A stretch of DNA of 64,000 nt from Eledone cirrhosa (GCA_964016885.1 OZ024746.1:29016001-29080000); one strand, 5' to 3'; positions 1 to 13,819 are shown, counted from the stretch's first letter. Made by a program: numbers and translations. Notes: a model not told the origin generated them from the sequence alone.

Positions 1-270
<270 letters not shown>

Positions 271-1237
271 GGGAGGGAGAGAGAGAGATATTAAATTTAA
301 TTTACAAAACCAATGCACTAGATGATCTAAATGATATTTAATTATATTGTTTATTCAAACTCTTCCTTTATATCAATTCGTCCTAGATTTATTTTTAGAT
401 CGATATTGATAAGTTCAAAGACATTTGTATTGATATATTTACCATGTACACCCATATATCTGAGCAATGACCTTTCCGTCTCCGTTCGATATTCGATCTT
501 TCATCCTACTCTTAAAGTCAGCTATATCTTACTCCCTGGGGTGTGTCCGGGATTGTCACCCATGTGTGAGCCTCTTCAGCCACGGTGGGGTCGGAAACCG
601 AAGCACCCCTCTCCAGGCTGTACACATAAACTCGCCACACTAACGAATACCAAGAAAACAAATCCTTTTTCGAACCACACCCAGCACATGAAGAATAATA
701 GCAGAAAACACATTAGATAATGTAGTCTTAGATATTCTATGACTGAATAAATGATGTAATGAGATGATCCTGGCCGGGATTCTTTGGATTAAAGAGGCTT
801 CGCTTAAAGGTTAATGGGCTGACTATGAAGGAGTGATGCTAAGGCTGTGAAATCTTGCATGCATTAATTTTAAATTTGTTTGTTAATAAGCTTCATTTTT
901 TCTTTCCATGTTGAAAAATAAATCTCATTTGGTCATTCCATGAGAGTATCTTGGTTAGCATATGAACTTTTCAACCGAGCCTGGTATATCTGTTCAATGA
1001 CGGCTGTATTGAGGCAAAATAAAGAACAACTTCAGTTTGAGAGAAATGAAACATCTTGTTATCTACACTGGAGTCAGTTGTAATTAAACACATTGCATAC
1101 AAGCAGTTTCTATCAATGAGAACTTTGAATTTTCAATGAATCTATGCCATAAGCAGGAGCTCATACTGTGAAGGTATGTGGGTCACTGGATAACAAATTG
1201 GCGATTTTCTGTTTATCACAGTGGTATAATCAATAAT

Positions 1238-1290
<53 letters not shown>

Positions 1291-1748
1291 TTTATTCAAT
1301 ATATATCTATGTATATCACAATGGTTTAGACAATATTTATATATATCAAAATGCTTTATACAATATCTATATATATATATATATATATATTAAAGTGGTT
1401 TATGCAATATCTATATATATATCACAGTGTTTTATTCAATAAGTATCTATGTATATCACAGTGGTATATACAATATCTATATATATATATCTCAGAGATG
1501 TATACAATATCTCTATGTTACAGTGTTTTATACAATATCTATATATATTACAATAAATATCTATGTTTATCACAGTGGTTTATTTTAATAACTATCTATA
1601 AATATCACATACGTTTATTTCAATAAATATCCAACATATTTGAATTCTAATGATTGTTTACTTCATTCTGCTACTTCTTTGGGGAACATTATTTCATTCT
1701 ATTCTGTTGTTAGTTTATCTCCTTCACTGACATATTTTTAATTAGTCT

Positions 1749-1901
1749 CCTCTAATTCTGAAATTATTTAGTTGGTCCCCTTTCACTAACATATTTCTAA
1801 TAAAAGATACTGTCCCCTCTAATTCTGAAATTATTTAGTTGGTCCCCTTTCACTAACATATTTCTAATAAAAGATACTGTCCCCTCTAATTCTGAAATTA
1901 T
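1749..1901. repeat. 67-bp tandem duplication, about 2.3 units
   Basis: cctctaattctgaaattat recurs at 1749, 1816 and 1883 with identical intervening sequence. Confidence 0.9.
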
Positions 1902-3448
1902 GTTGAAAATGTTCAACAATCTGGAGGTATTTAGCAAAATAACTAACTTTTTAAATGAAAAAACAATGTCGTCTCTAATTGAGACGAAGCGAGAGTGTAT
2001 TTGAATACATATAAAAATAAGAAAACTCATCGCTAGAAGAGCAGTTAAACAATTAAATGCTGTCAAAGACAGCGATAGGCAAAAATGCCTCAGACAACAA
2101 AGACCAGCGGCCAGTGGTCAACATTATTAAGCTGATTTTTGAAAACATAAATTAACAAATGTTCTTACATGAAAATATGATGGATAGTATAAACAATTTA
2201 AAATAAACATTTTAGTATCGTAGAACCTGAGCCGGTTTCAAATATTTGGTATTGAAATGCTTAAGCATTAACCCTAGGCATTATACGATATCTCTTCTTT
2301 TTAAGCCGGTACTGTGTGATTTGAGGGTAATTTGACTGTAATTTCTCGCAGGTCAAGCTAGCACATAGACGCCCCCTCATTGTCTCAGAGACATTAACCC
2401 CACCGTCATTCCTCGGAGGAGAGCTGTAGCCCTGGAAAGGAAGATCATCCGAGATCTTGCTAGCCATTCGTGCAAAATGGAACAGATATGTATATATACA
2501 CAATTTGTTAAAATATTTCCACACACAATTATATACTGAATAGGAGGAAGACAGTAAAATAATGGAAGAAACATTGATTAATCAACGACGAGCTGTTGAA
2601 GGGGAAAAGGGACAGAAAGTAATATACAGAGAATAATCCATTGACAAAACTTTATTCCACAAGAAATAATTTATGTCACTCTTGACATGTTTCTCAATAA
2701 ATTCTTCGCTAATAGAAAAAAATAATACTGCAATAGTTCAAATATGTCTTCTTTTCTGTGTGCTGTATGTTTTTTGTTGTTATTGTTTTTGGTGATTATA
2801 ATTTTAAGAATGCACATAAAACAATAAATCTTTACATAATCGGATTAAAATCTCAAAAACAAAAATTGTATAGAAAAGATAACATAAACACAGGTATAAA
2901 AATACTAGCATATTAAAAGAACAAGGTTGCCACCCACAGTAAAACCTGCATCATCAGCAGCAGTAGTAATAGTAATATGATGAGAGAGAACAACACAGAT
3001 TTTATATTGACTAACATCACCAGTAAATCTGAAAGTGATCAACACCATCACGATCCCTCCACAATCCAGAGGAACTATTTTAATTGCGTGGATCACCATT
3101 CTCACCACCTGTACAACCTCCTATTAACGCGTATATCGTTATTATCACATCTGCTGCCAACATCAATCGTGGCAAACCCAATCAAGAAGCCTCCATAGAA
3201 TTCCTATCCAGTACAGTACACTATTGAAGCAAAATTATGTTAACCCACCAGTCATTTATAAATTGACTTAAATGTGCTATTTATGTAAAAATAAGACTAA
3301 CCAGTTTACTTAAGCAACCTGTGATGGTGTGTTTATAAAAAACTGTTTGAGTACAATTACATGGCGGTGGTTAATCATTGATGAAATAAGCTTGGCTTAT
3401 CTCAAAGATATCGTATATTCAATAGAGAAGGTGTTTCTATCAGTATTG

Positions 3449-3527
<79 letters not shown>

Positions 3528-3633
3528 ATATATATATATATATTATATTGAAACATTATGCACAGAAAGATTCGCACACATACACATACACATATATATA
3601 TTATATATATATGTGTGTATGTGTATGTGTGCG

Positions 3634-3858
3634 TAAAATTCCCGAGATCCATGGACGTGTTCTCTTCAGCGGTCTCTGTTTTTCATCATCACTGCTATAT
3701 CCCGCGTCTCTCAGAGACCACTGTTTGTCCTTAGGGCATCAGCATATGTCATCCTCGGTGTCCCTCTTCCAGTGTGTCTGTGTAGCGGCTCCCACGGGAC
3801 CACTGGTTGCAATGTTAACTATAAATTACGGTCACCATATCTAGCTAACCTCAGTCTC
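3634..3858 (-). mobile_element. 3' fragment of an RTE/RTE-X-like LINE (same family as 60467-60695)
   Basis: Reverse complement matches 60467-60695 (e.g. tccatggatctcgggaatttta); encodes a degenerate LRLARYGDR...WEPL...RGTPRMTYADAL C-terminus. Confidence 0.75.
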
Positions 3859-5169
3859 CACTCACTCAAATACAATTACTGCAACGAAGCCATATCGACA
3901 GCAAGCCACCATAACAATATAATCCTTCCACCCCCAACCATTACGCCTCTGTCCGAAGCTATTGAATCATTAGAATATTTTAAATTAAAATGTTTTACGC
4001 TTCCTCAAACTGTTTTTATTAGCATATCAATTTATTGCAGATTTAGTTGATGGAAAGCTGTTTTTTCTGTTAATTAATATAAACATAAAGTTTTGTCTTC
4101 GTCAGTGTGTATGGTTATGTATGTATGTGTGTGTGTATGTTTTTGCGTGTAGGTGTGTGCGAATGTTTGTGTTATTTCTTCTGTTTTTTGTTGCAGCTAT
4201 TTATTTATTTAAAACAACTATACGTCATTGTTTTTTACAGCTTTATTACAAACTCTGTTTTCTAATCTTTTTTGACCAGATGCAGACGATAATGGCTGAT
4301 AGGGGAAATCATATTTTAATATCCACAACCTCGTATTAGACAACATGTCGAACAGTTTTTATTATATTTCATTTTTATGACATATTTCACTTGTTACTAA
4401 TAAAACACCATTGAACGGTTTATCAGATGTGACGATTATAATAAAGACAGAGGAAAGTTTATTGTGGGAGGGAAAATTTAGTACTTTATGTCAGTAAAGT
4501 TTAGTTAGTAAGTCATCAGATAAAATCACACAAAACAACCTTTAACTAAAGCTGACTAACATGTTTAACATATTTATTATTAAAGAAATCAACCTCTATG
4601 ATTTCCTTCCTCTTAATTCTATGATTTCATGTACAGTTAAGAAATTAATTTGTATTATTATGCGCCTATGTTAGAAAGAATTATTACGTAGTTATGATTG
4701 TTCGAGGAAAGCTGATACAATGCAAGGAAGATGAGAAATCTGAGAAACTACAGTGGAATGAAGCTAAAGACCAAAAACAACAACATGCTCTTACACCTTG
4801 TATTTAATGATATTTCAAGTTTAGCACTTCTATTTCTTATAGAAAGGAAACGGAGTGCGGTATTTGACAAAAGGATCGTAGCACCGAAATATGAAATATA
4901 AGGCAAAAGTATAAACTGTTATTTTGTTTTGCATTTCTTACTTTAGTCTAATTTTCATTCAGTTATCTCTAATTACATTGTGTCGGCTTCCACAGATAAT
5001 CATAACCACATAACTCACCACGTTACTTTTAAAATATACTGTTTTCATGCCTTTTTATTATATTTTATGTGGACACTGCATAGCCACATAGTTTTAAAAT
5101 CTTGCTGCAGGGAATCTAGAGCAAGTATCATTTACCATAGTCAAAGTAAACAATAGCTAACTGGTACAA

Positions 5170-5352
5170 GATTGGCAGTATCGGTAAGGGTCTGACGCCA
5201 TGCTTTGAAGCATAGAGTTACCTCCCTTTAAGATCTGAGTTCAAATCCCGCCGAGGTTAACTTTGCCTTTCATCCTTACAGGGTCGATAAAATAATGTAC
5301 CAGTAATGCACTGGGATAATTGCTGGCCTAGTGCCAAAAGTAGAAACAATTA
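5170..5352 (+). mobile_element. tRNA-derived SINE, family A
   Basis: A box tggcagtatcgg, B box gagttcaaatcc, body ctttgcctttcatcc...gtcgataaaat, 3' end gtagaaacaatta; multiple near-identical copies in the window. Confidence 0.9.
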
Positions 5353-5526
5353 TATTATATGGTACTCATCATGCCAGAAAATGCCTAATCTATCACCGCT
5401 AACCTGGTGAACTGCAACAATAACAGTATTTGAAACCTCGACGAGAAGGTATCTACTTGGATGCTGTACTGTCATATATAACAATTTTCCCAAATTATAC
5501 CATATTGTCTGACAATATTACTAAGG

Positions 5527-5733
5527 GCAGAGGATTGGCAGTATCGGTGGGGCGTCGGACAACATGCTTTATGGCATAAGGTTAGGCCCCTTATGATCTG
5601 ATTTCAAATCATGCCGATGTTAACATTACCTTATGGGGGTCGATAAAATAAAGTACCAGTAATACACTGGTGTCGATCTAATCGACTTTCCCTTCCCCAA
5701 AAGTGTTCTTGTGTCTAAATCAGAAGCCAATAT
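5527..5733 (+). mobile_element. SINE family A, diverged subfamily with a different 3' part
   Basis: Same head and gtcgataaaataaagtaccag core, followed by gtcgatctaatcgact. Similar diverged copies lie at 24732-24921 (-) and 25085-25225 (-). Confidence 0.8.
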
Positions 5734-6515
5734 TACATAGAAATCAAATGACATCTCAGATAAACTAAGAATGATTGGACCAAAGAAACAATGTTTCTAA
5801 TAATTCACCGCTATTAGATACAATAATGTCCGAATAAGAATGTCAACAACAACATCAGCAACAACAATACCAACAACAACAAACGTTACCACAATAATAA
5901 CTGTAACAACAACAATATACTTATGAGTTAATAATAGTTATTGATTAAATTTTGATGAGAAAATACAGTTATTTCAGACATCGCCATACACAAACATACG
6001 CACACACACAAACACACACACACACACACACACACATATATGTATATATATATGTGTGTGTGTGTGTGAGAGTATATGCGTGTGCGTTTGTGTATATGAG
6101 TGTTTGTTTGTGCGTGTGTGTCTGTGTGTCTGTGTCCTCGTGTCCTGAGTGAGGTTAATAATTAAATAACGTTTTATAGACAATTAAATAAATGTTTATC
6201 AATTTGATTTTTATCATCATTTATGTGTGATAAAATTTTCATCTCGCAAACTTCCTATTTACATTAAAAAAAACATATTTTGTTATATATATATATTTTT
6301 TTAAACAATATGTGTGAGTGTGTGTGTGTGTGTGTCTTTCTGTGGGTGGGTATGCGTGTCTTCGCGTGTGTACGTGCGCGCGTGTATGTATATACTAAAT
6401 TATTATTTCATTTATATTTTGGGTAAATATAAAATCCATTAAATACCAAAGTTGTTCCGTATAGAAATACATACACATATACATCTAGACTCCCACACTC
6501 ACATTATATATATAT

Positions 6516-6740
6516 ATATTTATTAAAATAACAGATTAAAGTTTAAGCAAAGAATCGCTGCTTTCACCCTTAACGGAATCTTCTGAAGATCCCGTTAAGG
6601 GTAAAAGCAGCGATTCTTTGCTTAAACTTTCATCTGTTATTTTAATAAATATTTGCTCTACGGTTCTTATATATTTTATATATATTTATCCTTATCGAGC
6701 CCTCTTTGGATTTTAGTCTTCAAATTTATTATTATTACTA
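6516..6740 (+). mobile_element. Penelope-like non-coding module, family P1, with 5' fold-back palindrome (6516-6652)
   Basis: 68-bp arms around apex T6584, which lies inside CTGAAGA; a short stem ccc/ggg follows; second copy at 15592-15770; abuts (TA)n. Confidence 0.6.
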
Positions 6741-7337
6741 TATATATATATATATATCATGTGTGTGTGTGTGTGTGTGTGTGCGTGTGGGGGGGTGCGC
6801 GCGTGTGTGTATGTGCGTGTGTGTGTGTGTGTGCGTCCGTGTATAATTTGTATGAAGTGTACTTTATATATGACGTTTGTAAGTAAATCTTCAGATCGGA
6901 TAGGTAAAGAGAGCCAGCCATGCTTGTGAAACTATGATGAGTCGTATGCAGGTATAACGATTCACCGGTTATATAAATGTAGCTTTTGTAAAGGTTAAAG
7001 TGGACATCATTAAAATCGGTGGTATTTGAAATTCAGCAGATACTAAACATGTAAGATACATGTTATTGCTATTGTTACTATTGTTGCTGTCAACGGTGAT
7101 GATTCTGGGGTCCGCGGAAGAAGAATTTTCATGGCTAATATCTATCTAAGACTTGGTAATTTGTCTCTTGCCCTTTCAATACTCTTGCAGAAGCAGTGAC
7201 AGCAGCAGTAGTAGCATTATTAAGCTTGACCTGCCAACGTAATGCAAACAGACAATCAATTTTAAGATCAGCCAGAGCCTGGGAAGCATAGAATGTATTT
7301 CAGTCGCTTTCACTTCAAAACTGAAAAGTAGAAATAT

Positions 7338-7650
7338 GCTTAGTGGTTAGAGCGTTGGGTTTACAATCGTGAGTATGAATCCATGATCAGGTGGGGTGTT
7401 GTGTCCTTCAGCAAAATACTTTATTTCACGTTGTTCCAGTTCACTCAGCTGTAGAAATAAGCTTCAACGTCACTGGTGCCAAGCTGCATCGGTCTTTACC
7501 TTTTGCCTGGACAATATCAGTGTCGTGGAGAGGCGAGACTGGTATGCATGTGTAACTGCTGGTCTTACACAAACAAATTTCCCCGGACTTGTGCCTAGGA
7601 AGGGTACTTCCTAGGTGTAAATCCTATTGTCATTCGTGACCAAAAGGGTC
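7338..7650 (+). mobile_element. tRNA-derived SINE, family B
   Basis: gcttagtggttagagcg head and ttgtgtccttcagcaaaatactt central domain; homologous copies at 28050-28350 (-) and 16690-16795 (+, 3' part only). Confidence 0.75.
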
Positions 7651-7791
7651 ATATATATATATATATATATATAAGGAAAAAAGATGGAATCGAAAATGCA
7701 ACTGGAGTCTTTTTAAGAATATTTATTTGTTTCCTTTCCCGGTTCTTACGCTTTTCAAAAGTAGAATTGAGATGGAGGGTTTGTGGTTTAT

Positions 7792-7841
<50 letters not shown>

Positions 7842-8028
7842 TTTGTTAAATTTTAATATAATACTGTAACGAACTATGTATATATAGATTGTCTCTGGTT
7901 TGACATGTCCTACTAAACATTTATATCATTTATTTAGATATTTATGTATATATGTCATTAACTATATTTTGTAATGTTTCAATTCTCGGATTTATTCTTT
8001 CAATTTTTTTCTTTTAGTTTATTTTGGG

Positions 8029-8247
8029 AGACAAGACACATGGTCGAGATTATCTCAAACATGACATCTATAACTTTGAATATTATATATATATTATATA
8101 TATATTATATTCAAAGTTATAGATGTCATGTTTGAGATAATCTCTACCATGTGTCTTGTCTATATATATAATATATATATAATATATATATAATATTCAA
8201 AGTTAAAGATGTCATGTTTGAGATAATCTCGACCATGTGTCTTGTCT
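8029..8247. repeat. ~55-bp segment present once forward and twice inverted, separated by TA-rich spacers
   Basis: agacaagacacatggtcgagat...tttgaata at 8029-8082; reverse complements at 8108-8161 and 8193-8247, each with one substitution. Confidence 0.92.
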
Positions 8248-8255
8248 ATATATAT

Positions 8256-8435
8256 AATTGTTTCTACTTTAGGCACAAGGCCAGCAATTACCCAGTGCAT
8301 TACTGGTACTTTATTTTATAGACCCCGTAAGGATGAAAGGCAAAGTCAACCTCGGCGGGATTTGAACTCAGATCATAAAGGGACGTAACTATGCTGGAAA
8401 GCATGGCGTCAAACCCTCTACCGATACTGCCAATC
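8256..8435 (-). mobile_element. SINE family A
   Basis: Reverse complement of the family A consensus, near full length. Confidence 0.92.
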
Positions 8436-8553
8436 AAGATATAATATATATATATATAATATATATATATATATATTATATATATTGAAAGAGGATTAGT
8501 GGGTGTGAGCAGCAAAATTCTTATTTTCGGAAAATTACCTATTGCTAAAGGCC

Positions 8554-8730
<177 letters not shown>

Positions 8731-8765
8731 CGCTTCTTATTGGCAACATGACCCTCCCAAAGTAT

Positions 8766-8811
<46 letters not shown>

Positions 8812-8814
<3 letters not shown>

Positions 8815-10432
8815 GGTGGCCTTTAGCAATAGGTAATTTTCCGAAAATAAGAATTTTGCTGCTCACACCCACTAATCCTCTTTCAATCAACAAAAACACG
8901 GGGTGTGAATTCGGACAACGGTTAGGTGACCCTCAAAGGCCTTCAAGTTGGAAAATAGTATACGCAACGATTAATTCTGTTCAAAAGCGGTGAACAGTTC
9001 CCTATCTTCTTAGAGAAATGTATGTGGACACACCCAGACAACCCCAACAAATGTTTAAAAACCTTCTGAATTGAATTTGCCAATAGTTAATTTGAAAAAT
9101 TCCTGAAATAACATGAAAACTTAAGAAATATCAGGTTTTCTTAATAAAGCACACAAGAGAAACGAATTTTTATTTACAACAATAATTTCTAGAGAATCAA
9201 AAGCATAATGTGAACACTGAACACTGAATATTGAACATTATTTTTGCATAAGATTAACTTTCATCCATACGGGGATCGATAAAATAAAGTACCAGTAATG
9301 TACTGAGTAATTGCTGGCCTTGTGCCAAAAGTAGAAACAATTATTTTTGCATAAGAGACGCATAGAGTTACGGCCCTTTCCATTCTGAGTTCAAATCCCG
9401 CCGAGGTCAACTTTGCCTTTCATCTTTATGGGGGTCGATAAAATAAAGTACCAGTAATGTACTGGGTTTTTTGCTGGCCTTGTGCCTAAAGTAGAAACAA
9501 TTATTTTTGCATAAGAAAGGATTTAGTGGCAGTTGTGTATGTTTTATGGTTTTCCGTAATGATATGTAAAACAAATTGTTTCTCAGTTTCATCTTTTGTG
9601 AGAATGTTATTGTATTCCTGAATGAGCTTGACACTTCTTTCTGCAACATCATTCAAAATAACTATCTTCTCAAGTTTTTCAAGCCCACTTTTGTAACCAG
9701 GATCATCCTTCCATGCTGAAAGGTCTTTGTCGAGGAAATCGGTGTTGATAGAAAATCTTGGGAAGAAAGTTTTTTTACCAGGAGTTACAAAAGACGAAAA
9801 CAAGATGTTTGTAAAGAAAAGTCATTTTGGTGCAGTTGATTTGTTCACCTTTGTTTGTTTCCAGCATAACTTGAGCAATATTTGCCTTAATCTCTCCTTT
9901 ACTCCTTGCTCTCCTTGCTCCCCTTTTCTCATTGCTCTCCTTGCTCTCTTTTTCTCATTTCTCTCCTTGCTCTCCTTGCTCTCCTTGCTCTCCTTGCTCT
10001 CCTTGCAATTCTTTTCCCATTGATCCTCTTGCTCTCCTTTTCCCATTGCTCTCATTGCTCTCCTTTTCTTATTGCACTCCTTGCTCTCCTTTTCTCCTTT
10101 CTCCCTCTTTCCCTCATTTTCTCATTGCTCTCATTGCTCTCCTTGCTCTCCTAGCTCTCCTTTTCTCCTTGCTCTCATTGCTCTCCTTTTCTCCTTGCTT
10201 TCCTTGATCTCCTTGTTCTCCTTTTCTCATTGCTCTCCTTTTCCCATTGGTCTCCTTGCTCTCCTTTTATCCTTGCTTTCCTTGCTCTCCTTTTCTCATT
10301 GCTCTCCTTGTTCTCCTTCTTATGAATTGTTGTACGGTCGCCTTCCAGTTGTCCGCTTGGGCTAAAGTTTTGCATAGATTGGTTTGGTTTGTTTGTTAAT
10401 TGAAACAAGATAGGGGGTGAGAGTTACACTTT
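8812..10432 (-). mobile_element. Non-autonomous hAT-like (probably hATm-type) DNA transposon with transposase C-terminal remnant and internal (GGAGAGCAA)n-like minisatellite
   Basis: Terminus TAGGGTGGCC at 8812. ORF 9501-9803 has LNDVAERSVKLIQEY...TKDETEKQFVLHII, homologous to VNDLAERAVNLITEF...TKNEEEKQSVLQVV at 58244-58699. Minisatellite at 9890-10320. Ends shared with the MITE at 48189-48569. Confidence 0.75.
9254..9499 (+). mobile_element. Two 5'-truncated SINE family A copies in tandem (9254-9339, 9357-9499)
   Basis: Both end in gtagaaaca; the 17-bp sequence attatttttgcataaga occurs at 9237, 9340 and 9500. Confidence 0.9.
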
Positions 10433-10453
10433 TATATATATATATATATATAT

Positions 10454-11779
10454 ACTCACGAACGCTATTTTTTCTCTCTCTGCTCATAGCCCTCGTTCGT
10501 GTAGGTTCTATTCTCTAAGCGCTCATATATTCACCTAGCTTACGCTAAACAGAATAATTTTTGAAGCTTGTTTCTCCCCTACGGTATGCTATATTTTCTG
10601 TTGTTCTCCTGTCTCACTCGCTTTACGCGTTTTAATTGTCCTAATAACTTATTTTGGTTATTATTGCACCGAAGTGAGATATATGATTTTTAATGCAATG
10701 AAATATCTATGATCTTCGGCAAATCACTGATGAGGGACTTATTTATTACATGTTATCCATGTGCTACCTGCAGTATTTTTCTCTATATTTTAATACATAT
10801 ATTTACCACTGCGATTCTGTGTTTTTTCTCTCTCTCTTACTGTTCCCCCATTCTCTCTGTTTCTCCCCCTCTGTCTTGTCCGTTAACTCTTCCTCACACT
10901 TTCACTCACTCACTGTTTTTCTCCCTCTTCTCTTCATTTCATCCTGCACTCACGAACGCTATTTTTTCTCTCTCTGCTCATAGCCCTCGTTCGTGTAGGT
11001 TCTATTCTCTAAGCGCTCATATATTCACCTAGCTTGCGCTAAACAGAATAATTTTTGAAGCTTGTTTCTCCCCTACGGTATGCTATATTTTCTGTTGTTC
11101 TCCTGTCTCACTCGCTTTACGCGTTTTAATTGTCCTAATAACTTATTTTGGTTATTATTGCACCGAAGTGAGATATATGATTTTTAATGCAATGAAATAT
11201 CTATGATCTTCGGCAAATCACTGATGAGGGACTTATTTATTACATGTTATCCATGTGCTACCTGCAGTATTTTTCTCTATATTTTAATACATATATTTAC
11301 CACTGCGATTCTGTGTTTTTTCTCTCTCTCTTACTGTTCCCCCATTCTCTCTGTTTCTCCCCCTCTGTCTTGTCCGTTAACTCTTCCTCACACTTTCACT
11401 CACTCACTGTTTTTCTCCCTCTTCTCTTCATTTCATCCTGCACTCACGAACGCTATTTTTTCTCTCTCTGCTCATAGCCCTCGTTCGTGTAGGTTCTATT
11501 CTCTAAGCGCTCATATATTCACCTAGCTTACGCTAAACAGAATAATTTTTGAAGCTTGTTTCTCCCCTACGGTATGCTATATTTTCTGTTGTTCTCCTGT
11601 CTCACTCGCTTTACGCGTTTTAATTGTCCTAATAACTTATTTTGGTTATTATTGCACCGAAGTGAGATATATGATTTTTAATGCAATGAAATATCTATGA
11701 TCTTCGGCAAATCACTGATGAGGGACTTATTTATTACATGTTATCCATGTGCTACCTGCAGTATTTTTCTCTATATTTT

Positions 11780-11783
<4 letters not shown>
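10454..11783 (+). repeat. 494-bp tandem repeat, about 2.7 near-identical units, bounded by (TA)n
   Basis: actcacgaacgctatt starts at 10454, 10948 and 11442; each unit contains CTGATGA (10727, 11221, 11715). Confidence 0.95.
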
Positions 11784-11866
<83 letters not shown>

Positions 11867-12321
11867 TTTAACTCTCACCCCCCCCCCCCCCCTGTTCCAA
11901 TTAACTTTTAGAATTACAACAAGGACAAACAAGGCGATAGAATTACAGCAAGGGGAAACAAGGCGATAGATTTTTATCTTCTTTCATATTTCGGGGTTGC
12001 AGCTCATTTATCAAACTATATGAAATCGAAGAGACTCGTTCTTATGAATTGGTGTACTGCTCAGAAGAACAGATCTTTCTACTTGGTCAACTTGTTAAGT
12101 TAAAAAGTTGTAAAATTGCTTTGAAATATAGCAAGTTAAATCAAGTTGTGGTTCTTTAATTCTTAACTGTTCAGGCGGATATTTATTACCATCAGATCCG
12201 GGTTTCGCTCCAAGTAAGTATTACAAATGTTCTGAGGTATTTCATTTGTTTAGAGTAAATACACCTGACAGTTTCGGTAACTGGTTTTAGCTGAATAGCT
12301 AGATTACTAGTGTCGACACAA

Positions 12322-12374
<53 letters not shown>

Positions 12375-12979
12375 TGTGTGTGCTTGTATGTATGTGTATG
12401 AGTGTATGTATGTGTGTGTATATATGTATGTAAGTATATATGTGTGTCTGTGTGTGTGTATGTATGTGTATGTATATACATGTATGTGTACATGTATGTA
12501 TCTATGTAGAATATAGAACGAGCAGCAGCCATATTTTAATAGCTAGTGTAATTCTATTCTAATTGATTGTCTGGTGTATATATCCCACGGGTGTTTATAG
12601 AGTTAGAAAATGGAGAGCATATTGTTATCTACAACTAACAGTAAACCACATTAAACTAGTGCTGTATAAAAAGAGGAGGTCGAAATTGTGCTTGATAAAA
12701 AGAGGGTGAACAAATGAAGAGGTAAAGAGAGAAAAGATGATGGAGGGGAGAGAACCGAAATGTGCAGAATTATTACAAACAAATTACTTTATTTTACTTC
12801 AAGGTAAATATGTAATATTGAACTCTCTTTCATTTCATACAAACATATTATACAGACACATACACACATATATAGACACATACACATACACATACAGATA
12901 CACATACACACACACGTACACACATATATATACACAAATATACTTACACACACACACACATAGACAAACACACTCACAC

Positions 12980-13014
<35 letters not shown>

Positions 13015-13026
13015 TACATATTATAG

Positions 13027-13130
<104 letters not shown>

Positions 13131-13819
13131 TATAGAGGTGTGACACACGAGTTGTGATATATTAGTAAAAGGAAAAGAAAATGCTGACAAATTTTTCCCA
13201 GTGAAAAATAGTTTAATTAGGAATAAGTATTGGTTAGTATTCAGTTTTAGTTTTAAGTTTTTACCGGTTGCGCATTTCTAATGCTTTTCAAAAATAATTT
13301 TGAGATAGAGCGCCCGTGATGTTTGCTATATATATATCATACATATTATAGATATTATATTATCTGAATGTAATTATATTTTGGCAGATATTTATATAAA
13401 GTTTAGCCATACAATATATTCGAAATAAGAAAAAAAGAAATAACAGAGGAATTTAATCATAATCTCCCTCGGCAAAAGTCATTTAGTATATTTTCTAAAT
13501 TTGAAAAAGATCTTATGAGGTGGTGAGACGTTTCCATTTGAAGAGATGTTCCAGGATATTTCTCATGGTTATCACGTCAGTCGCGATATCAGCCAGCCCA
13601 CAAATCTACACCGCTCTCTCGCTATTCTTTGTTGAATGCCTTTAATTGACGTCTTCAAAACCCTTTATCACAAACTGTTGGCAATCATCCCAATCAACTG
13701 CCCTCTAACTTTTTCACCACTCAGATCGTTGTAGATATTTCACGCTAATTAAGCCGTACTTCTACTAACCAACTAACAGTCTACACATCTACTCAGCGTC
13801 GATTAATCAGATCAGAGAG

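Noticed and set aside
1940-2260. Possible deleted Tc1/mariner remnant
   Set aside because: Only a vague peptide resemblance; no TIR pair or catalytic motif found.
2977-3198. 73-aa ORF that looks like a possible terminal exon
   Set aside because: No recognisable domain, no convincing acceptor site and no partner exons.
9237-9516. CRISPR-like repeat-spacer pattern
   Set aside because: The repeats are target-site duplications, the spacers are SINE copies, the context is eukaryotic and no cas genes are present.
10709-11526. Repeated 107-aa ORF in the 494-bp array
   Set aside because: Pyrimidine-rich low-complexity translation with no recognisable motif; the repetition only reflects the tandem.
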